Shown here piece after piece: positions 30,108 to 37,900 of a stretch of 64,000 bases of DNA. The stretch is from positions 6,592 to 70,591 of the forward strand of contig NZ_JAWERU010000002.1 of the NCBI RefSeq assembly GCF_032481935.1, given 5' to 3'. Within the stretch, counting starts at the first letter, position 1, and every line of letters starts with the position of its first letter. A program made the translations under genes and the position numbers. Below the pieces are notes generated by a model that saw nothing but the letters and a program-made list of their open reading frames with translations, was not told the origin of the DNA and ran no database searches. Source of the DNA: Streptococcus sp. Lineage in GTDB: Bacteria > Bacillota > Bacilli > Lactobacillales > Streptococcaceae.

Positions 30108-31367
30108 ATGAAAGTCTTTCAGCATGTAAATATCGTGACTTGTGACCAAGATTTTCATGTCTACCTGGATGGTATCTTAGCTCTTGAAAATTCTCAAATC
30201 GTCTATGTCGGTCAGGAAAATCAAGAAATTCTCAAGCAAGCAGATCAAATCATAGACTATCAGGGTGCTTGGATTATGCCTGGTTTGGTTAACTGCCATA
30301 CCCACTCTGCCATGACAGGCTTGAGGGGGATTCGTGATGATAGCAATCTCCACGAATGGCTAGAAGACTATATCTGGCCAGCAGAAGCAGAATTTACACC
30401 AGAGATGACTACAAAAGCCGTCAAAGAGGCGCTAACAGAGATGCTCCAGTCAGGAACGACAACTTTCGATGATATGTACAATCCGAATGGAGTAGAGATA
30501 GAGAAGATTTATGAAGCAGTCAAGGCATCCAAGATGCGTTGCTATTTTTCTCCAACTCTCTTTTCTTCAGACATGGAGACCACAGATGAGACTATAGCAA
30601 AAACTCGTGCTGTCATCGGGACAATAAAAGGCTATCAGGATCCCAATTTCAAGGTTATGGTGGCTCCTCATTCGCCCTACAGTTGTAGTCGAGAATTGTT
30701 AGAGGCTAGTTTGAACCTAGCAAAAGAAGAAGATATTCCACTTCATATTCATGTGGCAGAAACAAAAGAAGAGTCAGGGATTATCCTGAAACGTTATGGC
30801 AAACGTCCAATAGCCTTTCTAGATGAACTTGGCTATTTAGATCATCAGGCTGTATTTGCCCACGGTGTGGAGTTAAATGAAGCAGAAATTACCCGCTTGG
30901 CAGATTCGCAAGTCGCTATCGCCCACAATCCTATCAGCAACCTCAAACTAGCTTCGGGAATTGCACCAATCATTCAATTACAAAAAGCAGGTGTTCCAGT
31001 TGGTATCGCGACGGACTCAGTTGCTTCTAACAATAACCTCGATATGTTTGAGGAAGGACGCACGGCGGCCCTTTTACAGAAAATGAAGAGCGGTGATGCC
31101 AGTCAATTTCCTATTGAAACTGCTCTCAAGGCACTGACGATTGAAGGAGCTAAGGTGTTGGGAATGGAAGATGAGATTGGTAGCCTAGAAGTCGGCAAGC
31201 AAGCAGATTTTCTCGTTATCCAACCGCAAGGAAAAATCCATCTCCAACCTCAAGAAAACATACTGTCTCACCTAGTATATGCTGTCAAATCCAGTGATGT
31301 TGATGACGTCTACATTGCAGGTGAGCAAGTCGTGAGAGCTGGGAAGGTACTAACAGTAGATTTGTAA
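30108..31367 (+). CDS. Metal-dependent amidohydrolase (MtaD/chlorohydrolase-like deaminase family)
   Basis: HxH motif NCHTHSAM, plus HVAE and TDSVASNN motifs. ATG 30108 lies 7 nt after AAGGAG. Confidence 0.75.
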   Translation: MKVFQHVNIVTCDQDFHVYLDGILALENSQIVYVGQENQEILKQADQIIDYQGAWIMPGLVNCHTHSAMTGLRGIRDDSNLHEWLEDYIWPAEAEFTPEMTTKAVKEALTEMLQSGTTTFDDMYNPNGVEIEKIYEAVKASKMRCYFSPTLFSSDMETTDETIAKTRAVIGTIKGYQDPNFKVMVAPHSPYSCSRELLEASLNLAKEEDIPLHIHVAETKEESGIILKRYGKRPIAFLDELGYLDHQAVFAHGVELNEAEITRLADSQVAIAHNPISNLKLASGIAPIIQLQKAGVPVGIATDSVASNNNLDMFEEGRTAALLQKMKSGDASQFPIETALKALTIEGAKVLGMEDEIGSLEVGKQADFLVIQPQGKIHLQPQENILSHLVYAVKSSDVDDVYIAGEQVVRAGKVLTVDL

Positions 31368-31479
31368 GTGATACTCTTTCTAAATTTTTTAAAGCTAGGT
31401 CGGTGTTGTCTTGACTTCGTATGCTCTAACAAGTTTATTGAGTGAGTATTTATTGTCCGTAATGCTGAATGATATATAG

Positions 31480-31509
31480 AAAAAAGAAGACTCGCAAGGT
31501 CTTCTTTTT
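31480..31509. terminator. Bidirectional terminator between the amidohydrolase and flippase genes
   Basis: An A-run, the stem GAAGAC / GTCTTC with a 7-nt loop, then a T-run. Confidence 0.7.
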
Positions 31510-31555
31510 GTTGTATAATATTTAATCTGAACACTTTTGAGAAGGATAAAGACCT

Positions 31556-33034
31556 CTATCTTCTTTTAATCTTAGAACGAACTAAGTCAAGCGCATAATG
31601 AAGTGTTTTATCTTTGATAATAAAGAGGGTAATGGCGTAATAGATGCCACAAGCTGCGATTGTAGAAAGAACCATGCTAATCATCTTCATCGTAACTTCA
31701 TAGCTATGAACTTGGAAGAGGGTTTTAAAAATATAATAAATTGGGATGAAACCAAGAGACACGATTGTGTAGCGAGCCAAGGTTGTAAAAATCTCTTTCA
31801 AATCCAATAGTTTGTGCTTCTGAATAAAGCTAATTTCTAGCAGTACCACGATTGATTCTGCTATAATGGTTGTTCCAATGTAGTATTCGGGACTAAAGAT
31901 ATTATTGAAAAGGAGTAGTGAGTTTAGGACTACATTGACACCGCCACCGATAAAGTAGAAAGCAGTCAAACGATTTTCATGGTCATTAATAAAGATAATC
32001 TGTTTTCCAAGGATTAATTCGATAGCCCAGATAATGGTACGAAAGGCAAAGATGCTTGTTACTATTCCTGCTTCTAGATATTTCTCAGAAGAGTAGATAA
32101 CTGTAGCATAGGTACCCAAAATCATGATGCCAATGCTGGTTGGGATCATGAGGAAGTAAAAGAGGGATGCGCCCTGATTGACCAAATTTTTATAAGAAGT
32201 AAAATCTTTTTTTCCTAGATAATAACCAAGTCGTGGGATGCTAACGTTGATAGCTCCACTGAGGACACTAGCGATCAGCATAACGATACTGGAGGCGATG
32301 GTATAGTAGGAGATAAAATTCTCATTAGGTCCTTTAGTGATGAACATACGGTCTAGCAAGGTATAGAGCATATTAGCATTTGCTAGAAGGAGCATGGTTA
32401 AGAGTGGTTTAGATGACTTGAGAAGTTCGATGAACTCAATCTTAACAAAGGAAACCTCTCGTTTAATCCAGAGGAAGCTAAGTAGATAGTTGATAATGGT
32501 TGTCGCGCTCATGATTGTAGCATAAGGGACGATATCATCAGGTGTCTTGACAAAGGCAAAGATAGCCACTAACATTCCAATTCGGATAACCAGTGTTTTA
32601 TAAAGGATAAAAGAATAATTCTCGTAGGCTTCATTCATCCACTCGATATTCAGAAATTGGAAGAGAGCTTGAATTCCAAGGATATAGTAAAGGATTTTCA
32701 GATTGACAATACTAGTATCAAAATGAATAAAGAGGAAATAGATAGCTGTTGTCAGAATTGAAGTAATCAGGGAAATATAGAATAACTTAGAAAAGACATA
32801 ATTGATCTTATTCTTATCATCCTTAACCTTACTAATAGCTCGAATCCCATAATTGTAAATCCCAAAGGCAGCTAGTGGAATGACAAAGCTCGCCCAGGTA
32901 TTGGCAGTGTTGAAGTAACCGTAATTGGATTTACTAAGAATCCGCGTTAGATAGGGATTAGTAATCAAAGGAAAAACGATATTTAAGATATTGACCAGCA
33001 AGCTAGCCAAAGCATTAACTTTTATATTTTTCAT
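31556..33034 (-). CDS. MOP/Wzx-family polysaccharide (lipid-linked oligosaccharide) flippase
   Basis: 492 aa with about 14 TM helices, the layout of polysaccharide biosynthesis/flippase proteins. ATG 33034 (MKNIKVNALASLL) is chosen. The 56 extra codons in the track ORF run into the mecA promoter region. Confidence 0.65.
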   Translation of the reverse strand: MKNIKVNALASLLVNILNIVFPLITNPYLTRILSKSNYGYFNTANTWASFVIPLAAFGIYNYGIRAISKVKDDKNKINYVFSKLFYISLITSILTTAIYFLFIHFDTSIVNLKILYYILGIQALFQFLNIEWMNEAYENYSFILYKTLVIRIGMLVAIFAFVKTPDDIVPYATIMSATTIINYLLSFLWIKREVSFVKIEFIELLKSSKPLLTMLLLANANMLYTLLDRMFITKGPNENFISYYTIASSIVMLIASVLSGAINVSIPRLGYYLGKKDFTSYKNLVNQGASLFYFLMIPTSIGIMILGTYATVIYSSEKYLEAGIVTSIFAFRTIIWAIELILGKQIIFINDHENRLTAFYFIGGGVNVVLNSLLLFNNIFSPEYYIGTTIIAESIVVLLEISFIQKHKLLDLKEIFTTLARYTIVSLGFIPIYYIFKTLFQVHSYEVTMKMISMVLSTIAACGIYYAITLFIIKDKTLHYALDLVRSKIKRR

Positions 33035-33158
33035 GAAATTTTCTTTCTTATATTCTAAAATAGATACTAGTATTATATCACATTCCAACGCCATTCTTTT
33101 GATAAAATCTGTGAAATCTTGTATAATAGATAGAACTGAAAGTATGAGGTTACGAACT

Positions 33159-33896
33159 ATGAAAATGAAACAAATCAGTGATACGACATTAAAGATCACC
33201 ATGTCTTTAGAGGATTTGATGGATCGAGGGATGGAAATCGCAGACTTTCTCGTTCCACAAGAGAAAACAGAAGAATTTTTCTATGCAATCTTGGATGAGC
33301 TAGAGATGCCAGATAGCTTCTTGGATACAGGTATGCTCAGCTTCCGAGTAACACCTAAGCCAGACAAGGTTGATGTTTTTGTGACAAAATCTAAGATCGA
33401 CCATAATTTAGATTTTGACGATTTGGCAGATCTTCCTGATATGGATGAGTTGGCTAAAATGTCTCCAGATGAGTTTTTAAAAACCTTGGAGAAAACCATG
33501 GCAGAAAAAACTAAAGATGATATTGAAGCTATTCAATCTTTAGAGCAGGTTGAAAAGGAAGAAGAAGCAGCGCTTGATGAAGCCCTCGAAGTAGAAGAAG
33601 GAAAAAGAGAGCCTTATATCTACTACATCTTACGTTTTGACGATTTATCTAGTTTGGTTTCTTTTGCCCAAACGGTTGACTACCAAATGGAAACTTCAGA
33701 ACTCTATAAGATGAATGATCAGTACTATTTGACAGTCTTAGTTGATGTAGAAGATCAACCTAGCCTTTATCCAGCTTGGTTGTTGGCACGTATGCGCGAA
33801 TTTGCGGATGATAGTGATATCAGCCGTTCGGTTCTACAAGAATATGGTCAAGTGCTCATCAATCATGATGCGGTTCAAGGACTCCAAAAAGTTTAA
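33159..33896 (+). CDS. mecA: MecA adaptor protein for ClpCP
   Basis: N-terminus MKMKQISDTTLKITMSLEDLMDRGMEIADF, an acidic linker and a C-terminal domain typical of MecA. GAGG RBS lies 8 nt before ATG 33159. Confidence 0.85.
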   Translation: MKMKQISDTTLKITMSLEDLMDRGMEIADFLVPQEKTEEFFYAILDELEMPDSFLDTGMLSFRVTPKPDKVDVFVTKSKIDHNLDFDDLADLPDMDELAKMSPDEFLKTLEKTMAEKTKDDIEAIQSLEQVEKEEEAALDEALEVEEGKREPYIYYILRFDDLSSLVSFAQTVDYQMETSELYKMNDQYYLTVLVDVEDQPSLYPAWLLARMREFADDSDISRSVLQEYGQVLINHDAVQGLQKV

Positions 33897-34406
33897 TAGA
33901 GAAAAAGCAGGGAAGGAGAACTTCTCTGTTTTCGTTGTAAATTTTAGACTTTTGTAAAATTGGAGTCAGTTTGTATTTAAAAATCTGTCATAGTATAATT
34001 TGAGAGTGAAATTAAAGGTTATGCATCATTTCATGAAAGTTTTCTGAATGATTAAAGGTTAATACAAGGTAGAAAAAAAGTCCAAAAAATAGGGCAAAGT
34101 AGTAGCTTTAATAGAAGAAATGGGGTAGAATAGTAGAAGTTGCTTTTCGGTAGTTTAGGATCGAATCAACTGACAAATCTTTTAGATATACATGTTGTTA
34201 AATCAACTATTTTACTAAACTATTATATTTTTTTTGTTTTCAAGATGGTGTTTTATGTTGTCTTGGGAAGTGAAAGAGATTAGAATCAGTTTTTGAAAAA
34301 AGCCCTCATATAGTTTTTGAATCCTAGCAAATGGACCCCTATCTTTTCCAATCTTGCTAAAATTGATGAAAAACGATATGATAGAATGAAAAAAGCGAGG
34401 TGAAAA

Positions 34407-34970
34407 ATGGACCAAAGACGGATTCAAACAGAAACACAGCAGATACTTGAAGATGTTTTAGACAGGGCTTCTTTACAGGAAGGTGCACTATTTGTCTTAG
34501 GTTTGTCTTCGAGTGAAGTGCTGGGAGGACACATTGGCAAAGATTCGAGTCAGGAGATTGGTGAGCTAATCGTCAAGACAATGTTGGAGCTGTTGACGGC
34601 TAAGGGGATTCACTTAGCTGTTCAAGGTTGTGAACATGTCAATCGCGCTCTAGTTGTTGAACGGGAAGTAGCTATAAAACATCAGTTGGAAATTGTGAGT
34701 GTACTCCCGACCCTACATGCAGGAGGTTCTGGTCAATTGGCCGCCTTTCGCTATATGAAGGATCCCGTGGAGGTCGAATTTATTAGCGCTGATGCTGGTT
34801 TGGACATCGGTGATACAGCTATCGGTATGCATATCAAACATGTTCAGGTACCCATTCGACCAGTCTTAAGAGAGATTGGTCAGGCTCATGTAACGGCACT
34901 TGCTAGTCGACCAAAACTCATTGGAGGAGCGCGTGCTCAATATCCAATAGATCATATTAGGAAGATATAA
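34407..34970 (+). CDS. UPF0340/TIGR01440 (YwlG-like) family protein
   Basis: 187 aa, soluble. The core [14 protein letters not shown] is recalled as the family signature. Its stop lies 1 nt before the metalloprotease ATG. Confidence 0.6.
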   Translation: MDQRRIQTETQQILEDVLDRASLQEGALFVLGLSSSEVLGGHIGKDSSQEIGELIVKTMLELLTAKGIHLAVQGCEHVNRALVVEREVAIKHQLEIVSVLPTLHAGGSGQLAAFRYMKDPVEVEFISADAGLDIGDTAIGMHIKHVQVPIRPVLREIGQAHVTALASRPKLIGGARAQYPIDHIRKI

Positions 34971-34971
34971 A

Positions 34972-37900
34972 ATGAATACTAGAAAAATGCAGTTTGAGAG
35001 AGTCATTAAATACTCTATTCGGAAGTTCTCGGTTGGTGTCGGTTCTGCGGTTATCGGGACATTTCTTTTGGGGGCAAATAACTTTTTAGTTGAAACTGTT
35101 TCAGCTAACGAAGTGGTAACACCCAACCAAGTTCATTACCGTTATTTGGCTGAACAAGAATTGACAGAAGCAGAAAAAGCTTTGATCCATCACGAACTCC
35201 CTTCTGATTTAAAGCAAGATGATGTTGTCTATCTTGTTTACAGAAAGAAGGAAGTGAATTCTCAACAATTGCCAAACACTGGAAGCAAGGAGCTGGCACT
35301 GGCAACTCTTGGTTTTGCAACAGCGTCTATGGTTGTTGTGGTGATGTCTAAAAAACACCGCAATAAAATGCTTGGCCTTCTCTTTATCGGAGCTCTAGGT
35401 GGTAGTTACTTTATCCCTCAGTCAGCTCAAGCCTTTGAGAATAAAATCTTGGTTTCCTTCAATCAAACGATTGCAGCAAGTAGTCAAGAGGACTTGGCAA
35501 AAGGTGTCATTCAAATCGAAGGATACGAATACGTCGGTTACTTTAAAGCATCAGACTTCCAAGACCAACCAGAGCAAATGACGACTGCTAAGGGAACTCA
35601 AGAAGAAGGCCACGAAGGCGAATCTTTGGTTCAACCAGAGTTGCCAGCCTACACCGACGAACTTACAGCCAAAGGCACCCAAGAAGAAGGTCACGAAGGC
35701 GAATCCCTAGTTCAACCAGAAGCTCCAGCTTATACGGGCGAGATTAGTGCCAAAGGCACCCAAGAAAAAGGCCACGAAGGCGAATCCCTAGTTCAACCAG
35801 AGTTGCCAGCCTACACTAGCGAGATTAGTGCCAAAGGCACCCAAGAAGAAGGTCACCAAGGTGAGTCTTTGGTTCAGCCAGAGTTGCCAGCCTACACCGG
35901 CGAGCTTACAGCCAAAGGCACCCAAGAAGAAGGTCATGAAGGTGAATCCCTAGTTCAACCAGAAGTCCCAGCTTATACAGGCGAGCTTACAGCCAAAGGT
36001 ACCCAAGAAGAAGGCCACGAAGGCGAATCTTTGGTTCAACCAGAGTTGCCAGCCTACACCGGTGAGATCACAGCTAAAGGCACCCAAGAAGCAGGTCATG
36101 AAGGCGAATCCTTAATTCAACCAGAAACTCCAGCTTATACCGGTGAGATTAGTGCCAAAGGCACCCAAGAAGAGGGGCACCAAGGTGAATCTCTAGTTCA
36201 GCCAGAATCCCCAGCTTATACAGGCGAGATTAGTGCCAAAGGAACCCAAGAAGCAGGTCACCAAGGTGAATCCCTAGTTCAGCCAGAATTGCCAGAGTAT
36301 AAAGTAGCTGAAGCAACTATTACAGAAACTGAAACAGTAGCAGTTCCATATACAAAGGAGTATGTAGCTGATGATACTCGTTACACTGATGAAGAAACAG
36401 TGATTCAAAACGGTCAAGCAGGAAGTCAGCTGATTCATCGTGTCTATAAGACAGTCAATGGCCAAAAAGTTGGGGACCCAATCAGCACGAGTACAGAAAC
36501 TGTTACGGCACCAGTAAACGAAAAAATTAGTCGTGGTACAAAGGCTATTGAAGGTCAAGTTGAAGAAGTTTCATTTGAAGAAATTCCTTTCGAGACAAGA
36601 ACAGAAGTAGACAGCACTCTTCCGAAGGGAACAGAAGTTGTTGCTCAAGCTGGTCAAAACGGTAAGAAAAAGATTACCAAAGTCTATAAGACTCTTAAAG
36701 GAGTGAAAACTGCAGATGCTCCAACGATTTCAGAGGAAGTTGTTGAAGTAGTTCAAGATCGTATCATCAAAAAAGGTGATCAAATCCTGACTGAGCCAAC
36801 GTTGACTCTCACTCATATAGACAAAGAAGAATTAGAGCGTAGTGCCAAGGTTCGTTACCAATTGGTCAAACCAACAGGTGTAACCATTAAATCTCTTGAA
36901 GTTGTTTTGAAAGATGGAGACACTAGCCTTCAAACAGTCAATATGTCTGAGGGAGACCTGACTGCTAATCTTACAAACTTGAAGTATTACAAGGACTACA
37001 AGATTGCGACTAAGATGGTTTACGATCGTGGAAATGGGAATGAAGAAGTAGTTCTTGCGGAAGAACCACTAAGGCTGGATTTAAAGAAAATCGAGATTAA
37101 AGATATTCTAAGAACGGATTTGATCAAATATGAAAATCAAATCGAAATGGATGAAACTCGACTGACTTCAGTGCCAACCGACTTGTCAAACTATTATCTG
37201 AAAGTTACCTCTAATGACCATAAGACCAATCTACTAGCGGTTCAAAAAATCGAAGAGTCAACAATTGATGGAAAACAAGTCTACAAGGTAACAGCAGTAG
37301 CGGAGAACTTGGTTCAACGTAATGTCGATAATCGCTTTAATGAAACTTATACCTACTATATTGAAAAACCAAAAGCTAGTCAGGATGGTGTTTTCTACGA
37401 CTTTGGAGAATTGATCCAAGCCATTCAGGCAAATCCTGCTGGTGAATTTAAACTGGGTCAAAGTATGAGTGCTCGTAACGTTGTTCCTCAAGGTAAATCT
37501 TACATTACTTCGGAGTTTACTGGTAAACTATTGAGTGATGGTGACAAACGTTTTGCTATCCATAATTTGGAACATCCCCTCTTCAATGTCATTAATGGTG
37601 GGACTATTAAGAACATTAACTTTGAAAATGTAGATATTAATCGTTCTGGTCAAAATCAAATTGCTACGGTTGGATTTAACCTTAAAAATAAAGGTCTGAT
37701 TGAAGATGTTAAGGTGACTGGTTCGGTTACTGGTAACAATGATGTTGCAGGTATTGTCAATAAGATTGATGAAGATGGTAAGGTTGAAAATGTCGCCTTT
37801 ATTGGTAAAATCAACTCTGTAGGAAATAACTCGACAGTTGGTGGTATTGCTGGTTCAAACTATATGGGCTTTGTCAATAGAGCCTATGTAGATGCGACTA

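Noticed and set aside
31373-31448. BOX-like ends (TACTCTTTCTAAATTTT ... TTATTGAGTGAGTAT) after the amidohydrolase gene
   Set aside because: Only the terminal ~15 nt on each side resemble boxC and boxA, and the interior does not match. It may be a very degenerate remnant, but the evidence is too weak to call.
34215-34427. Minus-strand 70-aa ORF in the mecA/UPF0340 intergenic gap
   Set aside because: No RBS. Phe/Ile/Ser-rich composition typical of AT-rich non-coding DNA. It overlaps the start of the plus-strand UPF0340 gene.
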